Positions 8,360 to 15,565 of a stretch of DNA of 64,000 bases are shown in pieces (position 1 is the stretch's first letter; every line of letters begins with the position of its first letter). The notes below the pieces were generated by a model. That model did not search any database. It saw only the letters and a list, made by a program, of their open reading frames with translations, and was not told the DNA's origin. The stretch covers positions 534,626-598,625 of the forward strand of contig CAVSLV010000004.1 in the NCBI GenBank assembly GCA_963728915.1. The letters are read 5' to 3'. This stretch comes from an uncultured Gemmatimonadales bacterium (GTDB lineage Bacteria; Gemmatimonadota; Gemmatimonadetes; Gemmatimonadales; GWC2-71-9). The position numbers were made by a program, and so were the translations under genes.

Positions 8360-11300
8360 TATTTCTCGTCCAGCTTCCGTCCCGCGTTCAGGTTGTCGAA
8401 GTGCATGATGGTGTTGAATACCAACGGATAGCTCCCGATCGTCTCGCCCCGCCACATCGGGTTGATCGCGAAGAGCACCACGTGACCCTTGTCCTTCGGG
8501 GCATCCACCACGATGGGCCGCTCGGCGATCTCACTCCCGCCGTCCAGCAGGCCTGACACGAGCAGATCTCGCTGGGCGCTGAACCGGAGCGCCACCCGGG
8601 GCCGCTGATCCGGGGGAATGATGCTGATCGGATTCCGGAGCTGGTCGTTGGTGAGCGGCGCCCGCTCCCACTGCTCCACCGTTGGGCGGGGCGGCAACTC
8701 GAACTCCGGTGTCAGCGTCGGCCGACCCTGCACCACATCGGGATCGTCCGCGGTGCCCCGGCCGGTCGGCCGCGCAGTGGAGCCCCCGAACCGGCCGCCC
8801 CGGAATCCACCCAGGGTGTTGCCGACCGAGAGACTCGAGCCATCGTCACTGTAGACCGCCAGGCTGTCATTCACTCCGTACACGATCGGGCTCGCCGCGT
8901 CCACGATCCGGGAGCGGAGCAGAGTCCCCACCACCCGGCTCCGCCCCGCGCCGTTGGCGGACACCCCGCTGGTCAGGCCGTACTGGACCGCAAGCTCCGC
9001 GGTGTTTTCCACCCCGACCAGCACCCCGCCCTGGGAGACGAACCGCTGGAGATTGGCGAGCCCGGTCCATCCTAACCCGGGGCGGATGTCGTCGGTCTGG
9101 GCCCAGGTCCCGAGGTTAGGCGTCTCCGGGGTGTTCTTCCAGGGCATCGGGTTCCGCCACATCGGGAGGCCCTGCACGATGGTCTGGAGACCCCCGCCGG
9201 CCGGCGGGAAGAGAATGACATCGTACTTCGCGTTCAGGTTGTCGTTCTTCGCGACATCCTGGGTGCTGATGTACTCGAACGGGATGCTCAGGAAGTCGAA
9301 GGCCTGTCGCCACCACCCTTCGGTCTGGGTGCCGAGCCAGGTGTGGAGGATGGCGACGCGGGCGGCGCGCACCGGGTGGGTCTTGACCGAAGGGGCCGCC
9401 CCGAGGCCGTAGCCGGTCAGACCCAGCTCGCGGGTGACCTGGTTCAGATCGCCGGCTCCCACGCCACGAATCAGGAAGGTGCCGCGGTTGAATTTCTTCC
9501 CGGCGGCCTCGAACGGCTCCTCGGCGGCCTGAATGTCGGCGTCCCTGAGCTTGTAGCGGAGCGTCGCGAGCGCGTTGTCGCCGTTGGCGTTGATCGCGAC
9601 GACGCTGCCGCTGCCCTGCACGCCGCCCGGCGCGCTCACCGTGCCGGTAACACCGGCCACCGGGACGTGAAGCACCGTCGTGTCCACCACCCGGAGCGCC
9701 TCCACCGCGAACCCTTCGGGGAAGGTCCAGCCGGTATCGTCGTACGGGGTCTTCTGGGGATCGTCTGGAGCCCAGTACTGGTAGTCGAGCAGGGCGTCGG
9801 CGATGCGCGAGTAGGGCTGGTCCATCCGGATGATGTAGGAGCCCGCCGGGAACGAGCGGCTCGATCCGCCCGTCCGCCTTTCCGCCGGTCCGCCCGTGGT
9901 GTCCGCTGGTCCGCCGGTCCGCCGCGCGTGACTCGGGATCGTCACAGTGAATGGTGCCGTGGCGCGCGAGATCTCCACGTGCTGCTTCTGCAACACCCGA
10001 AGCAGCTCGGCCTGCGCGCCGGGACGCCGAGTATCACCCGTCAGCACGTACGCCGCCGGTCCTTCGGTATGAGCCTTGAGGACCGAGCGCTTGCTCTTCT
10101 GGTAGAAGTTCTTGAGGATCAGCTCCTTGTTCTGGGCGATGTAGCTGAGCGAGACCAGCAGCCCGGTTTGCTCGTAGTTGTTGTTGTTGCGAAGCGACCA
10201 CTTCACCCGGGGGAGCGGAGGGTTCTGGCGATACCAGGTCCGGGACGTCTCGTTGGGTGAAAGGGTCCGCTCGAGGGTTTCCGCGGTGCCGCCGTTCCCG
10301 AAGGTTTCGTAGAGCCGGCTGATCCCGTTGTGGGTCGCCGCCATGAACATGAGATAGCCGGGCGACCAGGTGTCGAAGTTGCCGAACGCGAAGACGCCCG
10401 GCATTCCCATCCGGGTCATCTCCTGCACGTTGTTCCACCCGATCATCTGCCACTCGTTGGTCAGCAGCGGGTCCACCCAGGCGTTGTAGGGGCCATCGCC
10501 GATGGTGTTGTCGTAGAGATAGGGCACCGACTCATGCAGGTCGTGGATGATCTGCGCCTTCCAGTCCACGTAGGTGTTGAGCACGTTCTGGGAAAGCTTG
10601 AGCGTCATCCCCATCGCGTCCCGGTTATTGTCGTGCGCGACGTAGTGTCCCCAGTAGATCGCGTTGGGCCAGGTGTCGTCGGGATGGGCCTTGTGCCAGT
10701 TGTAGAGGTCCACCACCCGGTCGCGCCCGTCCACCTCGACGATCGGGGTGATCAGGGTGATCACCTTGTCGCGGATGTTCCTGATGTAGGGGCTCTCGTC
10801 CACCGCGAGCCGGTAGGCCAGCTCCATGAGCGCGGTGGGCGCGCCCGCCTCGGGGGAGTGGATCGTCCCCGTGATGTAGTACACCGGCGCCGCGGTCGTC
10901 GCGATCCGTGCCGCCTCGGCGTCGTTCAGGTTGATGGTGCGAGGATCGGCGAGCTTGGCGAGGTCGGCCTTGTTCGCATCGAGTCGCGCCATCAGGGCCT
11001 CCGACGCCACCGCCACCGCGATCATCTCCCGATTCTCCTCGGTCCGCCCGATGGAATAGACCCGCACCCGGGGACTCGCCTTGGCGAGGCGCCGCATGTA
11101 GTCGTAGACCTCGGTGGAGTAGGGGAGCTTGCCCGGCGCGCCGGCGATGTCCCCCAGGACCACCGTCGGGGTCGGCACCGTCTTCGAGGCCGGGAGATAG
11201 TTGACCAGCGGGGAGAGGAAGAAGGGTTCGGTGGTGTACTCCAGAATCTTCTTCGTGTAGGCCTCGTCCACCGGCTGGCTCGGGCTCCGGCCCGGGACGG

Positions 11301-11367
11301 TCGCCGACTGGGCGGCGAGTGGAGCGGCGAGGACGATTGCTGCCAGGAAGAAGGGGAGCGGTTTCAT
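8359..11367 (-). CDS. Large secreted M14-family zinc carboxypeptidase-like protein
   Basis: ORF 8359..11400. The likely start is ATG 11367 (MKPLPFFLAAIVLAAPLAAQ signal peptide). M14-type blocks: TGTIHSPEAG (HxxE), AHDNNRD, IHDLHES. Confidence 0.8.
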   Translation of the reverse strand: MKPLPFFLAAIVLAAPLAAQSATVPGRSPSQPVDEAYTKKILEYTTEPFFLSPLVNYLPASKTVPTPTVVLGDIAGAPGKLPYSTEVYDYMRRLAKASPRVRVYSIGRTEENREMIAVAVASEALMARLDANKADLAKLADPRTINLNDAEAARIATTAAPVYYITGTIHSPEAGAPTALMELAYRLAVDESPYIRNIRDKVITLITPIVEVDGRDRVVDLYNWHKAHPDDTWPNAIYWGHYVAHDNNRDAMGMTLKLSQNVLNTYVDWKAQIIHDLHESVPYLYDNTIGDGPYNAWVDPLLTNEWQMIGWNNVQEMTRMGMPGVFAFGNFDTWSPGYLMFMAATHNGISRLYETFGNGGTAETLERTLSPNETSRTWYRQNPPLPRVKWSLRNNNNYEQTGLLVSLSYIAQNKELILKNFYQKSKRSVLKAHTEGPAAYVLTGDTRRPGAQAELLRVLQKQHVEISRATAPFTVTIPSHARRTGGPADTTGGPAERRTGGSSRSFPAGSYIIRMDQPYSRIADALLDYQYWAPDDPQKTPYDDTGWTFPEGFAVEALRVVDTTVLHVPVAGVTGTVSAPGGVQGSGSVVAINANGDNALATLRYKLRDADIQAAEEPFEAAGKKFNRGTFLIRGVGAGDLNQVTRELGLTGYGLGAAPSVKTHPVRAARVAILHTWLGTQTEGWWRQAFDFLSIPFEYISTQDVAKNDNLNAKYDVILFPPAGGGLQTIVQGLPMWRNPMPWKNTPETPNLGTWAQTDDIRPGLGWTGLANLQRFVSQGGVLVGVENTAELAVQYGLTSGVSANGAGRSRVVGTLLRSRIVDAASPIVYGVNDSLAVYSDDGSSLSVGNTLGGFRGGRFGGSTARPTGRGTADDPDVVQGRPTLTPEFELPPRPTVEQWERAPLTNDQLRNPISIIPPDQRPRVALRFSAQRDLLVSGLLDGGSEIAERPIVVDAPKDKGHVVLFAINPMWRGETIGSYPLVFNTIMHFDNLNAGRKLDEK
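9863..9923. repeat. Degenerate octamer array (NNTCCGCC units) translated in frame inside the M14 peptidase ORF
   Basis: Plus strand reads GATCCGCC CGTCCGCC TTTCCGCC GGTCCGCC CGTGGT GTCCGCT GGTCCGCC GGTCCGCC. On the sense strand it encodes RRTGGPADTTGGPAERRTGGS. Confidence 0.8.
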
Positions 11368-11467
11368 CGATCGGATCCGGGAAGACGGTGAAGGAGGCAC
11401 GGCGATTTAAGGTACACTGAAACCGGGGAGCGGGTTCGACGCCCCTGGGAGTGCGCGGGAGAATGGT

Positions 11468-11510
11468 TTGGTCACCGGTGTGGCATACTCTATATTATTT
11501 GATATGCCAC
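11468..11510 (+). promoter_or_regulatory. Candidate sigma70-like promoter plus perfect 8-bp inverted repeat (putative RHH operator) over the start codon
   Basis: TTGGTC (11468-11473), 17-nt spacer, TATATT (11491-11496). GTGGCATA (11480-11487) and TATGCCAC (11503-11510) are exact reverse complements separated by an AT-rich 15 nt. ATG 11504 lies inside the right arm, about 7 nt after the -10 box, which suggests a leaderless mRNA. Confidence 0.5.
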
Positions 11511-11908
11511 GAGAGAAACGACCCTTCGCGCGTATCGCGATCACGTTGCCTCAGGAGGTCCTGGCGGCGGCTGGCCGGCTGGCTCGGCGGCTGGATCGCT
11601 CCCGGAGCTGGGTCATCGCCGAGGCGGTTCGCCGCTTTGCCGCATCGGGAGGTTCGGAGGCATCCACCAGCCCTGGCCTGGTCCGCGAGCCGGTATGGTC
11701 TCCCTATGCCACCACCGAGGCCGAAGCGGCTCGATTGCGTCAGGTTGAGTCTGGGCTTGCGCTTTCGCCTTCCGAGCGACTGCGCCGGGCTGAAGAGCTC
11801 CTCGAGCTGGCCCCCCGGCGCGCCGGGGCACCCCGACACCAGATCATCGCCTTCGATAGCTGGGAAGATTTTGCCGGTTGGAAGGCGGCACGAAGGATCC
11901 AGGCATGA
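11504..11908 (+). CDS. Ribbon-helix-helix (CopG/Arc-like) DNA-binding protein, antitoxin-like
   Basis: The N-terminus PFARIAITLPQEVLAAAGRLARRLDRSRSWVIAEAVRRF has the beta-strand, helix, helix pattern of RHH proteins. Codons upstream of ATG 11504 in the listed ORF are AT-rich at third positions, unlike the rest of the gene. The stop overlaps the next ATG (ATGA). Confidence 0.7.
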   Translation: MPREKRPFARIAITLPQEVLAAAGRLARRLDRSRSWVIAEAVRRFAASGGSEASTSPGLVREPVWSPYATTEAEAARLRQVESGLALSPSERLRRAEELLELAPRRAGAPRHQIIAFDSWEDFAGWKAARRIQA

Positions 11909-12375
11909 AACCGCGCCTCAAGATCCCCGAGATCTGCGCGGCCTTGAACCATGAAGGCGCGAAGTACCTGGTGATCGGAGGGATCGCCTGCATCCTGCAC
12001 GGCTACATCCGCGCGACGACTGACCTCGACATCCTGATCGAGCGCACCCGGGAGAACGCGGAGCGGGTCCTGAAGGCGCTGAACCGGTTTGGTTACGGGT
12101 TCGCGCGGGAGTGGAGTGCGGAGGAATTGCTCGAGCGGCCGATCACGGTCATCGGCGATGATCCGGCGGTGGACATTTTTACGGTCGCCTGGTCGGTGAA
12201 ATATGAGCAGGCCATCGGGCGGGCCACCTCAGTGAACATCCAGAAGGTGACTGTTCCCCTGATCGGCATCGATGACCTGATCGCGACCAAGCGGACCGGC
12301 CGCCCGCTGGACGCCGCAGATATCGAAGCGCTCGAGAAGATCCGCCGAATCCAGGGGCAGGCCGACCGGGAGTAA
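11905..12375 (+). CDS. Minimal nucleotidyltransferase-fold protein (Pol-beta superfamily), toxin/antitoxin-like partner of the RHH gene
   Basis: VIGGIACILHGYIRATTDLDILI fits the hG[GS]-x(9-13)-Dh[DE]h NTase signature. About 156 aa. ATG 11905 overlaps the upstream stop by 4 nt. Confidence 0.7.
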   Translation: MKPRLKIPEICAALNHEGAKYLVIGGIACILHGYIRATTDLDILIERTRENAERVLKALNRFGYGFAREWSAEELLERPITVIGDDPAVDIFTVAWSVKYEQAIGRATSVNIQKVTVPLIGIDDLIATKRTGRPLDAADIEALEKIRRIQGQADRE

Positions 12376-12434
12376 GCGCGTCAGAAGGTTCGCCTCCGTT
12401 CCTCCCAGTCCCCGAGCGCCTGACCCGCGGCGAG

Positions 12435-13691
12435 TCAATCCGCGCCCGCCCGTCGCCGGGCGGTCAACAGCACCTGGATCTCATCGAGTCGTGGATTCAC
12501 GAAGTCGATCCGCACCCGGCCATCCGGAATGATGGACACGGTTCCTGGAATGCTGCTCTGGGTCAGATACCATCCCGCCGGCAGGACCACGGCATTGGCG
12601 GGCCGGCCGAAGGCCCGGTCCCAGATCAGCTCGTCGCCCAGAACGCGGTAGCGCACCGAATCGGTGTAGGTCTCCGAGATCCGGAGCCGGGTGCTCTGTC
12701 CTTGCTTCACCGCCGGGAACCGGATCACCACCACCTCGGTCTCGGGTGTGACGGTCTCTCCGATGTCGAGTTTGGCGGCGGTGATCGCCTCGCCCTTGAG
12801 CGTCTCGATCTTGAGGGGCGCTCCCGTGTCCATGATGTAGGCGGACGGATCGCTCGACCTGCTTCCGGCCCGCACCACGTTCAGGTACTTGTCCACTCCC
12901 TCCCGGGTTTCGGTGTAATCGTGGTACAGGTCGAAGGTGTGGGTCTCGGGCTGGCGCAGGAAATACACGATGTCCCGGGACTGGGATGCGCGGTCGGTCG
13001 GAGAGGTCGGAGAGGTCGGAGAGGTCGGAGAGGTCGGAGAGGTCGGAGAGATCGGAGAGGTCGGAGAGGTGGGAGAGGTCGGTCTGGCCCGAACGGTGAG
13101 CGACACCGCGTCGGGGTTCGAGTTGATGAAGCTGATGAGGATCCGGCCATCCGGTTCTCTCAAGACCTGGGACGGCATGTTGACGCTCACCAGCTCGTAA
13201 CCCGGGGGAAGGACCACGGCGTTCCGCTTGATGCCGAGGGAGCGGCGGAACACGATCTCGCTGCCCTGCACGAAGTAGCTGGCCGAGTCGAAATAGGTCT
13301 TGTCGATCAGCATCCGCTGGACCCCGTCCTTCGGCACCGGCCGGGTCAGCTCGACGCGGAGATAGCGGGTCCCGGTGTCGGCCCGGGCGAACCCTCCCGC
13401 CTGGGCGGCCTTCCCATCCACTTCCTCGAACCGGAGCGGGGCGCCGGTAGCCAGATCCCGGACCGACTCGTCGCTTGCGACGCTCCCCTTCCGGATCGGA
13501 TTGAAGTAGGAGCGCGCCCCCGGCGTGGTGGCCCAGACCTCATAGAGAATCCGGAACTTGCCGCTGCCCGGAGCGAGCAGCTCGTAGCGGGTATACTCGT
13601 GCGCCGAGGCGTTCGGTCCCGGAGGAGCCTGGCTGGCCAGTGGGGTGCGGGACCCTACGAGGACGAGGAGCAGAAGCGGCAAACGGTTCAT
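12435..13691 (-). CDS. Secreted protein of unknown function with two homologous halves joined by a (TSP)n linker
   Basis: 418-aa ORF. Signal peptide MNRLPLLLLVLVGSRTPLASQA. The N-half block NAVVLPPGYELVSVNMPSQVLREPDGRILISFIN matches the C-half block NAVVLPAGWYLTQSSIPGTVSIIPDGRVRIDFVN. The central linker is PTSPTSPTSPISPTSPTSPTSPTSPTSPT. Confidence 0.75.
   Translation of the reverse strand: MNRLPLLLLVLVGSRTPLASQAPPGPNASAHEYTRYELLAPGSGKFRILYEVWATTPGARSYFNPIRKGSVASDESVRDLATGAPLRFEEVDGKAAQAGGFARADTGTRYLRVELTRPVPKDGVQRMLIDKTYFDSASYFVQGSEIVFRRSLGIKRNAVVLPPGYELVSVNMPSQVLREPDGRILISFINSNPDAVSLTVRARPTSPTSPTSPISPTSPTSPTSPTSPTSPTDRASQSRDIVYFLRQPETHTFDLYHDYTETREGVDKYLNVVRAGSRSSDPSAYIMDTGAPLKIETLKGEAITAAKLDIGETVTPETEVVVIRFPAVKQGQSTRLRISETYTDSVRYRVLGDELIWDRAFGRPANAVVLPAGWYLTQSSIPGTVSIIPDGRVRIDFVNPRLDEIQVLLTARRRAGAD
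12992..13085. repeat. About 10 x 9-nt tandem array (plus strand GGTCGGAGA; sense strand TCTCCGACC) encoding (TSP)n
   Basis: Nine near-perfect units from 12996 to 13076 with variants GATCGGAGA and GGTGGGAGA, plus degenerate flanks. Confidence 0.92.
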
Positions 13692-13764
13692 CGCACGCGC
13701 CGGTAGAGGACCGGGAGAAGATACCGCCCCTCTATCCCCCGGTCCCTAGCCCCTATTTTCTGAC

Positions 13765-14496
13765 ATGTTCCCCTACAAAGACGACAACCCGACCCTCACG
13801 ACGCCGGTCGTGACCTATGCCCTGATCGCGGCGAACGTCCTGATCTGGCTGGTGGTGCAGGGGATGGGGCAGAGCCCGGTGCTCGAAGCGTCGGTCTGCC
13901 AGTTCGGGGTCATCCCGGGCCGGCTGTTCGGCTCGATCAGCCCGGGAACGGTGGTGAGCCTGGGGCCCGATGTCGCCTGCCGGGTCGGCGACTTCCCCGC
14001 CTGGGCCACCGTGCTGAGCTCCATGTTCATGCATGGGGGCTGGCTCCACCTGATCGGGAACATGTGGTTCCTCTGGATCTTCGGGAACAACGTGGAGGAC
14101 TCGAGCGGCCGGCTCCGGTTCCTGGTCTTCTACCTGCTCTGTGGGGCGGTGGCGGCGGGATCCCAGAGCGTGGCGACTCCTGAAAGCCCGGTGCCCATGG
14201 TGGGCGCCTCGGGGGCGATCAGCGGCGTCATGGGGGCCTATATCGTGCTCTACCCCCGGGTCCGGGTCCACATGCTGATCTTCCTGGGGTTCTTCATAAC
14301 CCGCATCGCGGTGCCGGCGTATTTCATGCTGGGCTACTGGTTCCTCCTCCAGCTGGCGAGCGGGTTCCTGCCCTCGGAAGAGGGCGGGGTCGCCTTCCTG
14401 GCCCATGCGGGCGGGTTCGTCGCCGGCATGGTCACGATCTTCCTGTTCAGGAATTCCGAGCTGATCGCGCGACGCCATGCCTACCGGCTGCCCTGA
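13765..14496 (+). CDS. Rhomboid-family intramembrane serine protease
   Basis: 243-aa multi-TM ORF. Motifs: HGGWLHLIGNMWFLWIFG (HxxxN), GASGAISGVMGAY (GxSG serine) and LAHAGGFVAGM (catalytic His). Confidence 0.88.
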   Translation: MFPYKDDNPTLTTPVVTYALIAANVLIWLVVQGMGQSPVLEASVCQFGVIPGRLFGSISPGTVVSLGPDVACRVGDFPAWATVLSSMFMHGGWLHLIGNMWFLWIFGNNVEDSSGRLRFLVFYLLCGAVAAGSQSVATPESPVPMVGASGAISGVMGAYIVLYPRVRVHMLIFLGFFITRIAVPAYFMLGYWFLLQLASGFLPSEEGGVAFLAHAGGFVAGMVTIFLFRNSELIARRHAYRLP

Positions 14497-14530
14497 TCGA
14501 AGCGACGGGGATTCGCTACCTTCCAGCCTC

Positions 14531-15565
14531 ATGGCCACGCCCACCCGCGCCTCCCGCTATGGGACCTCCCCGGCTCCGGGGACCCGGCCGGCCACCCCGG
14601 CGCCGGCCCCGGCCGAGCTCTCCCGAAATCCCGGCATGCCGCTCGACCTGGGGTGGATTCGGGAGATCCGGGTCAACCGGAGCGCAGTGGAGCGGCGAGC
14701 CGCGACGATCCCGACCCGGCGATCCATCAAGATGGCGTGGCAGGCCGGCTGGTTGCTCCGGGCCATCTCGCTCATGGACCTCACCACGCTCCAGGGGGAC
14801 GACACCCCGGGGCGGGTGCTCCGGCTCTGCGCCAAGGCCCGCCACCCGGTGCGGCGGGACCTTCTGGAGGAGCTCGGCGTCGCCGACCTGGGGATCACGG
14901 TGGCCGCGGTGTGCGTCTACCATGTCTTCGTGGAGACCGCGGTGCAGGCGCTCGAGGGGAGCGGCATCCCGGTCGCGGCGGTGTCCACCGGGTTTCCCGC
15001 CGGGCTCTCCCCCTGGCCGCAGCGGGTCGCCGAGATCGAAGCGTCGGTGGCAGCGGGCGCCCGGGAGATCGACATCGTCATAACCCGCTCCCACGTGCTG
15101 ACCTCGAACTGGGGCGGCCTCTACGATGAGGTGAAAGCCTTCCGCGCCGCTTGCGGCCCCGCCCACCTCAAGGTCATCCTCGGCACCGGCGACCTGGGCA
15201 CCCTGCGCGAAGTGGCCCGGGCCAGCATGGTCGCCATGATGGCGGGCGCCGATTTCATCAAGACCTCGACCGGGAAAGAAGCCGTGAACGCGACGGTACC
15301 GGTCGGACTCGTCATGGCCCGGCAAATCCGGGAATACCGGGAGCGGACCGGGCACGCGGTGGGCCTCAAGCCGGCCGGAGGCATTCGCACCGCCAGGCAG
15401 GCGCTCGACTGGCTCGCCATGATCAAGGACGAGCTGGGTGATCGCTGGCTGGCCCCGGAGCTGTTCCGCTTCGGCGCCAGCAGCCTGCTCACCGACATCG
15501 AGCGGCAGCTCGAGCATCAGGCGACCGGCCGCTACAGCGCGACCCACCGGCATCCATTGACATGA
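14531..15565 (+). CDS. deoC: Deoxyribose-phosphate aldolase (long form)
   Basis: ORF 14477..15565; ATG 14531 is the likely start. Blocks: DLTTLQGDDT, REIDIVI, LKVILGTGDL and the Schiff-base lysine block FIKTSTGK. The stop overlaps the ALDH ATG (ATGA). Confidence 0.85.
   Translation: MATPTRASRYGTSPAPGTRPATPAPAPAELSRNPGMPLDLGWIREIRVNRSAVERRAATIPTRRSIKMAWQAGWLLRAISLMDLTTLQGDDTPGRVLRLCAKARHPVRRDLLEELGVADLGITVAAVCVYHVFVETAVQALEGSGIPVAAVSTGFPAGLSPWPQRVAEIEASVAAGAREIDIVITRSHVLTSNWGGLYDEVKAFRAACGPAHLKVILGTGDLGTLREVARASMVAMMAGADFIKTSTGKEAVNATVPVGLVMARQIREYRERTGHAVGLKPAGGIRTARQALDWLAMIKDELGDRWLAPELFRFGASSLLTDIERQLEHQATGRYSATHRHPLT

Noticed and set aside
12992-13085. CRISPR array or other spacer-containing repeat locus for the 8- and 9-nt arrays
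   Set aside because: The units are directly tandem with no spacers, are far shorter than CRISPR repeats, and several lie inside ORFs. No cas genes are present in the window.
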